Shown here in pieces: positions 49,005-57,570 of a stretch of DNA of 58,257 nt. The stretch comes from Desulfurococcales archaeon (GTDB taxonomy: Archaea > Thermoproteota > Thermoprotei_A > Sulfolobales > NBVN01): positions 1 to 58,257 of the forward strand of contig JAGDWE010000056.1 in NCBI GenBank assembly GCA_023255965.1, written 5' to 3'. The notes beneath the pieces were generated by a model. That model searched no databases, was not told the origin of the DNA, and saw nothing but the letters and a program-made list of their open reading frames with translations. Both the position numbers and the translations under genes were made by a program. Every line of letters starts with the position of its first letter. Within the stretch, counting starts at the first letter, position 1.

Positions 49005-49487
49005 TTGTATCTAATTAGAGAAGCGTCGCGCGATGAGATAGAAACGTTACGGGCGGTGGCTAACTATCAATTTAAGTCATATGTAGGTGATAAGTTGATA
49101 CCTGATAATGTCCTGCTTAAGATATCAAAGAATACTGGGAGAATCAGGGAGGTACTGACATCTAATAAAGTACGCATAGCATCGATCCGTGCTTCGTCTT
49201 TCACGTTTAATCTCTCGCTATATGCAGCCCAAATATTACATAAGTACGTTGATAAATTAAGAGTTGTCGTAGTGTCGGATGTAGTTGAAGATCTAATTAA
49301 GGGTACATCCGTATTCTCTAGGCATGTACTACGCGTCGACAATGATTTAAGGGCAGGTGATGAAGCATTGGTAGTTGATGAACTAGATAACCTATTATGT
49401 GTAGGTAAGCTTGCTTTGTCCCCCGTAGAGATAATGTTCTTTACGAGAGGTGTCGCAGTTAAGTTAAGGGAGTGTAGGTGTAGCTAA
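49005..49487 (+). CDS. PUA-domain protein (pre-PUA plus PUA, ArcTGT C-terminal-like)
   Basis: 160 aa (TTG start). C-terminal ..LRAGDEALVVDELDNLLCVGKLALSPVEI...RGVAVKLRE is a typical PUA ending. Confidence 0.6.
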   Translation: MYLIREASRDEIETLRAVANYQFKSYVGDKLIPDNVLLKISKNTGRIREVLTSNKVRIASIRASSFTFNLSLYAAQILHKYVDKLRVVVVSDVVEDLIKGTSVFSRHVLRVDNDLRAGDEALVVDELDNLLCVGKLALSPVEIMFFTRGVAVKLRECRCS

Positions 49488-50218
49488 TGAATGTGGAAAT
49501 ATTGGTAAGTAGAGAATACCTAGACATCCTCCGCTCTAAGAAGTGGATTCTCGTTACAGGATTTCCAGGGTTTGGATACGTTGGTACTATAGCTACTAAG
49601 TACTTAGTAAGCCAATTAAAGGCTAATAAAATTGGTAATATAATAACTAAGTATATGCCCGATTTTATAGCCTTAGACGACTATGGAATCCTATCTCCTT
49701 ACGAGATATTTATGTCAGATAGATACGACATATTAATAGTAGTTAATAATGCAATACCAGCTCCTGCAGAAAGAGTTGCCTATGTTAGGTCGTTGGTTAG
49801 ATGGGCTACTTCAGTAGGCGTTAAAGAATTCATATTGGTTGGAGGATTAAATAGCAAGTTTAAGGAGGGTAATGAGAAGTTAAGATGGCTTAAGACCTCA
49901 GTCAGCAATAGAGAACTAAAAGAGCCAACCTTTCATAAAGGTCTTTATGTGGTAGGGCCTTTAGCCATACTATTTTTAGTGCTTGAAATTGAGGGAATAC
50001 CTGGACTTATGATATTACCGTATACCGAGCCAGAGAAATATGATCCGAGAGCCGCAGCTGTCTTCATAGAGAAGCTCAACGAATTGTTAAACCTTCATAT
50101 CGACGTCCAAGGTCTCCTTGAGTATTCAAAAGCTGTTGAAGAAGCTGAAGAGCTGCTGTCTGAGACGCTAAAGCATATAAAGAAGGCTGAGGATAGGGGA
50201 CCCAAGCCCTACATATAG
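49487..50218 (+). CDS. PAC2-family (proteasome assembly chaperone-like, COG1938) protein
   Basis: 243 aa. ..ILVTGFPGFGYVGTIATKYLV.. matches the PAC2 N-terminal signature as I recall it. Its start overlaps the stop of the PUA gene. Confidence 0.6.
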   Translation: MNVEILVSREYLDILRSKKWILVTGFPGFGYVGTIATKYLVSQLKANKIGNIITKYMPDFIALDDYGILSPYEIFMSDRYDILIVVNNAIPAPAERVAYVRSLVRWATSVGVKEFILVGGLNSKFKEGNEKLRWLKTSVSNRELKEPTFHKGLYVVGPLAILFLVLEIEGIPGLMILPYTEPEKYDPRAAAVFIEKLNELLNLHIDVQGLLEYSKAVEEAEELLSETLKHIKKAEDRGPKPYI

Positions 50219-50295
50219 TAACATCAAAATGCGTTAGTACGTCGAGGCTGCATTAAATTCTTATAGAAGATTATGGAGTTGATAGCGGCTTAAAA

Positions 50296-50619
50296 TCATT
50301 TAACATTGCCATCGACGTTATAACTACTTTTCCCCCTTAAATTTCTTGACTCCTTGATCTTAGATGCTATCTTCCTCAATAACATTAACTTCTTTAAGTT
50401 GCTATAGACGATAACACTACCGCCGCTTGAATACCACACCCTACAGTACTTCGATGTAGCGTTTACCTCGAAGTTAAGGTTTAATTCCTTACATGCATTA
50501 ATTAATTCATCTAATGTAGGTTTGGGTACCGCCATATCCTTAGGTACCTTACGGCCCAGCCTTCTAGGAAGTGATGCATCCAGGTAATGCGGCCATATAA
50601 CTACATATCTTTCAGGCAT
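50296..50619 (-). CDS. srp19: signal recognition particle protein SRP19
   Basis: 107 aa. ..VIWPHYLDASLPRRLGRKVPK.. is the SRP19 N-terminal signature. Confidence 0.85.
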   Translation of the reverse strand: MPERYVVIWPHYLDASLPRRLGRKVPKDMAVPKPTLDELINACKELNLNFEVNATSKYCRVWYSSGGSVIVYSNLKKLMLLRKIASKIKESRNLRGKSSYNVDGNVK

Positions 50620-50623
50620 CGCT

Positions 50624-51013
50624 TCACGCTATTAAGACGGCGTTTATAACCCCGTCCTGGCCGGGTCTTGATGTAACTTTAGCCCTACCTAATTCCGTCT
50701 CTATTATACTTCCTTTAGTGATAATTCCCCTCCTAGCGTACTCTCTATTAGCTGGCGTATCAATTATTCTTAATATCTTGACCTTCTGTGCCTTACCACT
50801 CCTCGCATCCATTACATTAGCATACTCGCATCTCTTAAGTCTTAACTTGATATTCCCTCCCCTAACTCTCTCCACCTCAACGAAATCCTCAGAACCTAAC
50901 CTCGTAAATGTTGGATAACTACCTACTTCATACTTCCTCTTACCTCTATTACTTCTCTTCTTACCACCGGTAATCTTCTTAAGGTCATTGCCTTGATAGA
51001 TGCCCATGCCCAC
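50624..51013 (-). CDS. rps8e: 30S ribosomal protein eS8
   Basis: 129 aa. ..GKKRSNRGKRKYE.G..P..T.. and ..RGGN.K.R.. typical of S8e. Confidence 0.9.
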   Translation of the reverse strand: MGMGIYQGNDLKKITGGKKRSNRGKRKYEVGSYPTFTRLGSEDFVEVERVRGGNIKLRLKRCEYANVMDARSGKAQKVKILRIIDTPANREYARRGIITKGSIIETELGRAKVTSRPGQDGVINAVLIA

Positions 51014-51076
51014 ACCCGGTGAAAGTAGTTAAATACGCTTTAAAAGCTTTTAATCATACTCAGATATGATGTAATA

Positions 51077-51901
51077 ATGTCTGCAGGAAGAGGTATTTTA
51101 TCGTTGATGATTAAGTATGTTAACTTACTATTAAGGCCGATATATAAGATATATGAAAAATGGCTATGGCTTCAGATATCTGGTGGACCTATACCTAAAC
51201 ATGTAGCAATAATACCTGATGGTAATAGAAGGTGGGCTAAGGAGAAGGGTATGCCTATGACGTACGGACATGAGATAGGATATGATAGATTAAGGGACGT
51301 CCTTAGATGGTTATTAGATTTAGACGTAAAGGTAATAACCATATATGCGATGTCCTACGAAAACTGCATATTCAGATCCGAGGATGAGAAGAAGCATCTC
51401 TTTAACTTATTAGAGAAGGCTTTAAATGACCTAATGAGCAGCGATATAATTTATAATGAGAGAATAAATATTAGGGTATTCGGTAGATTAGATATGATAC
51501 CTAGGGAACTGCTAGATAAAATACGTGAAGTAGAGGAGGTAACTAAAAACTACTCTAATAGATTTATTAACGTTGCGCTATGTTATGGAGGGAGACAAGA
51601 AATTATTGATGCAGCTAGGAAGTTGATATACGATGTAATAAACGGTAAGGTGGATGTAAATGAATTATCTGAGGAGACTTTCAGAAAGTACCTATATACC
51701 TCACATCTAGATGACGTGTTAGATGAGCCCGATCTAGTCATAAGGACCTCTGGGGAGTTACGGCTAAGTAACTTCCTACTATGGCAGATAGCATATAGTG
51801 AATTGTATTTCTGCGACGTGTTCTGGCCTGAATTCAGAAGAATAGATTTATGGAGGGCTATTAGATCGTATCAGAGGAGAGAAAGAAGGTTTGGGAAGTA
51901 G
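51077..51901 (+). CDS. uppS: cis-prenyltransferase (undecaprenyl/di-trans,poly-cis-polyprenyl diphosphate synthase)
   Basis: 274 aa. HVAIIPDGNRRWA, ..RTSGELRLSNFLLWQ.AYSE..F...WP.F... Confidence 0.9.
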   Translation: MSAGRGILSLMIKYVNLLLRPIYKIYEKWLWLQISGGPIPKHVAIIPDGNRRWAKEKGMPMTYGHEIGYDRLRDVLRWLLDLDVKVITIYAMSYENCIFRSEDEKKHLFNLLEKALNDLMSSDIIYNERINIRVFGRLDMIPRELLDKIREVEEVTKNYSNRFINVALCYGGRQEIIDAARKLIYDVINGKVDVNELSEETFRKYLYTSHLDDVLDEPDLVIRTSGELRLSNFLLWQIAYSELYFCDVFWPEFRRIDLWRAIRSYQRRERRFGK

Positions 51902-51902
51902 A

Positions 51903-52994
51903 TTAAGTTACCCTCTTCTCAATTATGTAGAGTATGGCGCTAACGGACATTATTATGATTATATATAGGAAAAATGTACTTACCACGCGATATTCAGCTA
52001 ACATTGATAGCACTTGCCTCATATCGCTTAACTTCTGCACCGCTACTATCTCGGAAATACGGCTCAACAGATTATAAAAGACTATGAAGATGACCAACAT
52101 TATAAGATCCCTCCACACCCTGATGCTCCTCCTTATAACCCTTAACGTGATCCTAGCCACAATTAATGGCATGAATGATATTATGATGTATGGAAGTGTA
52201 TTACCTATATAGAAGGCTATTGATTGAATGTCAGAACTAAAGCCCCTAGACAGTAACGTCATATAGAATATTATACTAGTCATACCAATTGATAGAATAG
52301 ATAAAACCAATGAAATCCTAGTTATGGGTGAAAGACGCCACCACTTGACTACAATATCATCTATTCCGAAGCCCTTGAATATCAGGAAAGCCGCTAGGAG
52401 TAAGGATATTGCTGGTGTTGCGTAGACAGATAGATTCATTAGAGTTAATATCGAGTAAGTCAATATCAAAAACCCCGGAAGGCCTAAAAATACCTTCGAA
52501 AACCTACGCTCTTCTAGCACCTTCCTTAAGTACCTCCCTAGAAGTACGTAAGTTTCCTCAACCCCCCTTAATTGCTCGACAACTACCCTCTCGACCCCGA
52601 CCACTTTAACTTTAGATTGAATTATCGGCAGTACTGATTCGTCCTCAACGCTATCAACAACTACTATAGCCTCATTGCATTTAGTTACCTCTAATACATC
52701 CTCTACCTCCTTGCTTACCTTAATACTAGCTCTTATAGAAGAGCTACTATCTCCTGCAACTAAAGCTACTTCTATGTCCCCAGAGCTAACATCCTTCTTC
52801 AAATCATGATACAATTTAAGTGCGGTAAATAATACATTTAAGTCCGAGTCCTGCGGATTTGTGAGCGCATATTCTGTAGCGACTTTAAAAACGGCATCAT
52901 AACCTATTATCGGGGTTTTATTGCCTAATCTACCTACATCATTGTCGAAGTCAACAACAATTATTAGCCTCCTATTATTCATGATATTCTCCAT
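51903..52994 (-). CDS. polytopic membrane protein with N-terminal soluble domain (DUF373-like)
   Basis: 363 aa. A soluble N-terminal region of about 165 aa (..LIIVVDFDNDVG..) is followed by about 6-7 TM helices. Family name is from recollection only. Confidence 0.45.
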   Translation of the reverse strand: MENIMNNRRLIIVVDFDNDVGRLGNKTPIIGYDAVFKVATEYALTNPQDSDLNVLFTALKLYHDLKKDVSSGDIEVALVAGDSSSSIRASIKVSKEVEDVLEVTKCNEAIVVVDSVEDESVLPIIQSKVKVVGVERVVVEQLRGVEETYVLLGRYLRKVLEERRFSKVFLGLPGFLILTYSILTLMNLSVYATPAISLLLAAFLIFKGFGIDDIVVKWWRLSPITRISLVLSILSIGMTSIIFYMTLLSRGFSSDIQSIAFYIGNTLPYIIISFMPLIVARITLRVIRRSIRVWRDLIMLVIFIVFYNLLSRISEIVAVQKLSDMRQVLSMLAEYRVVSTFFLYIIIIMSVSAILYIIEKRVT

Positions 52995-53838
52995 AGAGTA
53001 TCTTTAAATCATCTATGGAGAGCCTTTCACCCCTTTTAATCTTTTCATCTACTTTCCTTTTCTTTTCATTCACTAACCTTTCTTCCTCTTCCTTAATCTT
53101 AGACATCCTTACCTCCCTTAATTTGCTCTTAACTGCTTCATACTTACTACGTACATCAGCTATCCTAGATGACACAGTAATTAACTCCTGGACAGCTTTC
53201 TGAATATCATCCCTTAAATTATCTACTTTACGTCTAATCTCTAACTTATCGTTGGCTAATCTGCTAATCTCCGCTCTAATCTTTAATATATTATCTGATA
53301 ATCCATCTATCTTTGCATTCAAATCCCTTAAATCGAGGTTAAGTGCGGCGAGTTTAGCCTTTAGCTCTTGAACCTCACTACCTAACTTCCTAGCCTCTAG
53401 AATCCTATTGAGCAGTCTCTCTAACCTGCCTATTTCCTTAATTAACTTATTCTCCTCACTCAACGGTAAGGATTCAGTCATTATCCTCCACTCTAATGCA
53501 TTTATCTTTGCTCTTATCTTATCTACATCCATTTTACTAAAGTCGTTTAACCCGTTGAGAACTTCCTTAGTTCTTAAAAGGGATTCCCTACAATTCCTTA
53601 ACTCATTAATTACATCCCTCCTTTTATCCACTAATCTTTTACGTTCCTCAAGTAACTTCCTTAACCCTTCACGAAGCCTCTGTAACTCATTATTATACGA
53701 CTTTAGCAGCTCTATGCACTCAGACTTAGACCTCTTTAATTCCCGAATTTTCTGGACGAGTGAGTTCCTCTTCTCCCTTAACCTCTTTAATTCCTCCCTT
53801 AAACTATCTAAACTATTTATTAATTCCTCTTCAGACAA
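52975..53838 (-). CDS. long coiled-coil protein (COG1340-like archaeal coiled-coil family)
   Basis: 287 aa, almost entirely heptad-like and E/K/R/L-rich. Overlaps the downstream membrane-protein gene by 20 nt. Confidence 0.5.
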   Translation of the reverse strand: MSEEELINSLDSLREELKRLREKRNSLVQKIRELKRSKSECIELLKSYNNELQRLREGLRKLLEERKRLVDKRRDVINELRNCRESLLRTKEVLNGLNDFSKMDVDKIRAKINALEWRIMTESLPLSEENKLIKEIGRLERLLNRILEARKLGSEVQELKAKLAALNLDLRDLNAKIDGLSDNILKIRAEISRLANDKLEIRRKVDNLRDDIQKAVQELITVSSRIADVRSKYEAVKSKLREVRMSKIKEEEERLVNEKKRKVDEKIKRGERLSIDDLKILYGEYHE

Positions 53839-53843
53839 TGAAA

Positions 53844-54551
53844 TTACCCAAGTATGATCCTTGCATCAGCTATCTTAGCACCTTTACCGATCTCATAAAG
53901 CATTATCGGATTTAGATCTACATCCTTTATTTCAGCTACATCCTCTACTAATTTAGAGACCTTCATTATTATCTCAATTAACGCCTTCTTATCCCTAGGG
54001 GCCTGGCCTCTGTACCCTTCGAGAATCTTAGCTGCTTTAATCTCGTTAATCATTGACTCTACATCGTAGTATGTTAGAGGTGCTATACGGAAGCTAACAT
54101 CCCTTAAAACCTCAACAAAGATACCTCCTAGCCCGAAGAGTATTAGAGGACCGAAGCTCGGATCCCTAGTAGAGCCGACGATCACCTCTAATCCGTTAGG
54201 AACCATTTCCTGGACAAGTATACCATAGATCCTCGCCTTAGGGGCCAGTCGGCTTACATTTCTTTGAATATCATTAAATGCCTTTCTTACTTCGTTGGAT
54301 CCCCTTAAGTTCAGCATCACGCCACCTACATCTGATTTATGACTTATATCAGGGCTCACTACCTTTAGGACTACTGGATAACCCACTCTCTCAGCAAAGT
54401 CGACTGCCTCATCCGGGTCCTTAGCCAGCGATGCCTTAGGTACCGGCAAATCGTAGGCCCTAAGTACCTCGTAGGCCTCGTGCTCTAGAAGTTTAAGCCT
54501 TCCATCCCTTTTAGCGTTACTCACTATACTACTAACAATATCCATACTCAT
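53844..54551 (-). CDS. acdB: acetate--CoA ligase (ADP-forming) beta subunit (ATP-grasp)
   Basis: 235 aa. ..LLEHEAYEVLRAYDLPVP.., ..GYPVVLKVVSPDISHKSDVGGV.., ..GPLILFGLGGIFVEVLRDVSFR.AP.. track archaeal ACD beta subunits closely. Confidence 0.8.
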   Translation of the reverse strand: MSMDIVSSIVSNAKRDGRLKLLEHEAYEVLRAYDLPVPKASLAKDPDEAVDFAERVGYPVVLKVVSPDISHKSDVGGVMLNLRGSNEVRKAFNDIQRNVSRLAPKARIYGILVQEMVPNGLEVIVGSTRDPSFGPLILFGLGGIFVEVLRDVSFRIAPLTYYDVESMINEIKAAKILEGYRGQAPRDKKALIEIIMKVSKLVEDVAEIKDVDLNPIMLYEIGKGAKIADARIILG

Positions 54552-54789
54552 TGCTTCACCACATATGACTAGTTAACAGATATTTAAAGTTACATCGTTA
54601 TTATAATGCCCTTAAAGTAATTAACCCTTAACTCCACACCTAACACATTAGTAAAGCCCGTATATGCGATGAAATGTAGACAGCCCAAACGCCTACTTGA
54701 AACCGCTTCATTTTTATGGCGGCTTATGTCTCTCGATATCAACTAGCCCTTTTAATGTGAAAGCTAAGGCATATAATTTTGATGAACGA

Positions 54790-54995
54790 ATTCGTTGGGG
54801 CTCCCACAATGAACTCGATGAGCAGTTGCGAGGGAAGAGCCTGTGAGGCAGTTGATTCGCTTGAGGGAGGCAGGCACCCGAAGGGCGGGTCAGCATGCTA
54901 GATAGGAGGTGATGAGACAAGCGGCGACATCAGTTAATATGGGTCGCTATGAGCTCGGAACCCCCTGAGGACCAGCAACTACTCCTGGTTGGTTT
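54790..54995. ncRNA. GC-rich non-coding island, candidate structured RNA of unknown class
   Basis: An island of about 200 nt, markedly more GC-rich than its flanks. It lies between the acdB promoter region and the Sm-like gene. Several local stems are visible (GGCTCCC..GGGAAGAGCC, TCGCTTG..CAAGCGG, GCGAC..GTCGC, ACCAG..CTGGT). The only ORF (54714-54920, minus) looks spurious. Strand undetermined. Confidence 0.3.
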
Positions 54996-55083
54996 ATAGG
55001 CATATGTAGAGAATAATATGATGTTGCGTTAACTATAAACTATTTAAAATATATAAGCGAATGTTAAAGATAGGTAGCTAAAG

Positions 55084-55536
55084 ATGAGCATAATAGGTAT
55101 CGAGAAAAAATTAATTAATGAACTAGCTAATTTAATAGATAAGTCTGTTACAGTTAAACTAGTTGATGGCAGGTACTATGAAGGTATTTTATTAGGTATA
55201 GATTTAAGTGATAAGTTAACGCTACACCTAGTATTAGGTAGTGCTAGGGATAATAATGGAAACTCTTATTATAGAGTTGTAATACATGGTTCCAGGCTAT
55301 CTGAAATAATATCTAAGGAGCAGCCGCCCTTTGATCCAAACGAATTCTCATCCTACATAGCATCAAGGCTCAACTTGCCGCCAGGTTCTATTAAGGTGCT
55401 AAAGGACGCCAATATGGTGATAGTCTATGACAAATATAAGATAAGCGAAAGCGGCGTCGAAGGTTCAGGACCATTAGCATCGAAGCTCTACAGCCTTTAT
55501 CAAGAATATATGGAGCTAAGGAAAAAGAGGATATAA
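55084..55536 (+). CDS. Sm-like protein with C-terminal extension (SmAP3-type)
   Basis: 150 aa. N-terminal Sm fold (..KSVTVKLVDGRYYEGILLGIDLSDKLTLHLVL.. then ..RVVIHGSRLSEI) plus an extra C-terminal domain of about 70 aa, as described for crenarchaeal SmAP3. Confidence 0.65.
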   Translation: MSIIGIEKKLINELANLIDKSVTVKLVDGRYYEGILLGIDLSDKLTLHLVLGSARDNNGNSYYRVVIHGSRLSEIISKEQPPFDPNEFSSYIASRLNLPPGSIKVLKDANMVIVYDKYKISESGVEGSGPLASKLYSLYQEYMELRKKRI

Positions 55537-55538
55537 AT

Positions 55539-57125
55539 TTGATTTACGAGATTAAGGATAAAGACTTAGGAGGTCGTATAGGTAAATTAACAACTAAGAG
55601 CGGCGTCATTGAAACTCCTGCGTTCTTTCCGGTAATCAACCCATTAAAGCAAGAGGATGATATATCAGTAAGCCTGTTAAAGGACTTAGGCCTTAATCAG
55701 CTGATAACCAATGCATATATAATTAAGGATAAGTTAGGTTCAGCCGTAGACGATGTACATAAGCTATTAGGATTCAACGGCGTAGTGATGACTGATTCCG
55801 GAGCCTATCAGCTACTACGCTACGGTCCTAAAAAAATATCCATAGACCCGGTAGATATAGTCAAGTTTCAGGACTCCATAGGTAGCGATATAGGCGTTAT
55901 AGCTGATGTACCAACGAGCGATAGCGCCAGCTATGAAGAGGCGTTGTATAGCGTTAAGGAGACCTTAAGGAGGGCGGCCGCGGTCCTGGACATAATAAGC
56001 GAAAGTAAAACATTATGGGTTTTACCTATCCAAGGAGGTATATACTTAGATCTAGTAAGGCTTAGCGCTGAATCGGGTAAGGATTTACAGTATTTCTCGA
56101 TGTATGCAATAGGTAGTCCAGTACTACTTATGGAGAAGTATAACTATGTAAAAGTGATGGAAATGATCATAACAGCTAAGAAATACTTACCCATCGATAA
56201 GCCGTTACACTTATTTGGCGCAGGCCATCCAATGATAATTCCATTTATAGTTGCATTAGGTATTGATACATTTGATTCAGCTTCGTACATCTTATACGCT
56301 AGGGATGATAGGTACATGACTGAGTACGGTACATACAAACTTAAAGACCTAGATTACTTACCATGCGAGTGCCCTATATGCAGTAAATATGAAATTAAGT
56401 CATTGATTGAAATGCCTAAAAATGAACGAACACGCCATATAGCATTACACAATCTATACGTAATACAAAGGGAGATCAAGAGGGTTAAAGTGGCAATCAG
56501 GGAGGGAAGACTTTGGGAAATGCTTGAGGAACGCGGAAGATCCCATCCATCGCTTAGGTCGGTACTTAAAATATTTGCCCGTAAAGATGTAGCTAAGTTT
56601 ATTGAGGAACTGGACCCGAGAATTAAAGGGGATGTACATGGCATATTTCTCTATGATGAGACATCTATATATAGACCGGAGGTGATTAGACATGAAGAAT
56701 TCATATATAATCATATATCAATGCTCAAGGTAAATGATGACGTTATTTTAATCCCCGCTATAAAGTCTGAGAAGCCCTTTAGACAATCAATAAATTATAG
56801 AGGAGTGTTGAGCAGGTTAAACATGGAGCGCGCGGATGTCTTCATATACTTACCATTCTTAACTTTAATACCATTAACGCTTGATTATACATATCCGTAT
56901 TCTCATTTTGAAGCCCCTGAAGATCCAGGTAGGGGTGTATTAATTATCTTAATGATCAAATTAAAGAAGTTTATTAAGAAGCTGGTAAACATGTATAGGA
57001 AGGTAATAGTAGTCAAATGCAATAAGTACGTATGGTGTTCCGAAAAATTCATTAAGAGGGTGTTAAGGCATCTACCACCAAACAACGTGGTAGTCACTGA
57101 CTTCTGTATAGACGAATTATTTTAG
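55539..57125 (+). CDS. tgtA: archaeosine tRNA-guanine transglycosylase (ArcTGT), apparently without a PUA domain
   Basis: 528 aa (TTG start). ..DLGGRIGKLTTKSGVIETPAFFPV.., ..MTDSGAYQ.. and zinc site LPCECPICS...H. The C-terminal region has no recognisable PUA ending. Confidence 0.85.
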   Translation: MIYEIKDKDLGGRIGKLTTKSGVIETPAFFPVINPLKQEDDISVSLLKDLGLNQLITNAYIIKDKLGSAVDDVHKLLGFNGVVMTDSGAYQLLRYGPKKISIDPVDIVKFQDSIGSDIGVIADVPTSDSASYEEALYSVKETLRRAAAVLDIISESKTLWVLPIQGGIYLDLVRLSAESGKDLQYFSMYAIGSPVLLMEKYNYVKVMEMIITAKKYLPIDKPLHLFGAGHPMIIPFIVALGIDTFDSASYILYARDDRYMTEYGTYKLKDLDYLPCECPICSKYEIKSLIEMPKNERTRHIALHNLYVIQREIKRVKVAIREGRLWEMLEERGRSHPSLRSVLKIFARKDVAKFIEELDPRIKGDVHGIFLYDETSIYRPEVIRHEEFIYNHISMLKVNDDVILIPAIKSEKPFRQSINYRGVLSRLNMERADVFIYLPFLTLIPLTLDYTYPYSHFEAPEDPGRGVLIILMIKLKKFIKKLVNMYRKVIVVKCNKYVWCSEKFIKRVLRHLPPNNVVVTDFCIDELF

Positions 57126-57132
57126 GGTAAGT

Positions 57133-57570
57133 GTGATGAATTTAGCAAAAAATCATGGAGTCAGCGAATTAATTGCTTCATTAATGACCTTGCTTATAAC
57201 TATCTTACTGGGTTCTGTAGTACTGTACGTAGTTAATGAATATAGCAATAATTACCAAATGCTCCTTAAATCCATGCTCGAGGACAAATATAGTAGTAGG
57301 ATTAAGTCTGCAGATGTAGTAATGGCCATAGGTAATGAGACTTCAAACAAGGTACTCCTCATAATAGCTAATGGTAAGGCGGAATTGAAGGTAACAGCCC
57401 TCTACATTAATAATGTCTTAGTGGAGAACGTTTCACTAACTCTTAAGCCGTTAGATATCACTGTAGTAGAAGTAAAGTCGCCAATAAAATTACGTAGTGG
57501 TGATATTTTCATAACTAAGGTGATCCATGAGGGAGGGGAGGAAGTGATCTATGGCTACACGTATAAGTAA
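57133..57570 (+). CDS. archaeal type IV pilin-like protein (class III signal peptide)
   Basis: 145 aa. N-terminus MMNLAKNHGVSELIASLMTLLITILLGSVVL = basic residues, G|VS cleavage-like site, hydrophobic helix. The remainder is predicted beta-rich. Confidence 0.55.
   Translation: MMNLAKNHGVSELIASLMTLLITILLGSVVLYVVNEYSNNYQMLLKSMLEDKYSSRIKSADVVMAIGNETSNKVLLIIANGKAELKVTALYINNVLVENVSLTLKPLDITVVEVKSPIKLRSGDIFITKVIHEGGEEVIYGYTYK

Noticed and set aside
54790-54995. Tested the GC-rich island as SRP (7S) RNA, RNase P RNA, a C/D-box sRNA or a tRNA/split tRNA.
   Set aside because: SRP: GGCAGGCACCCGAAGGGCGGGTCAGCA loosely resembles helix 8, but there is no GNRA-capped symmetric-loop arrangement and no Alu-domain TGTAAC-type motif, and only ~200 nt are GC-rich. 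RNase P: no GGAAAGTCC / ACAGAA blocks. C/D: GTGATGA (54909) and CTGA (54965) are 57 nt apart, but no proper D'/C' boxes or spacing exist. tRNA: no T-loop GTTCRAATC.
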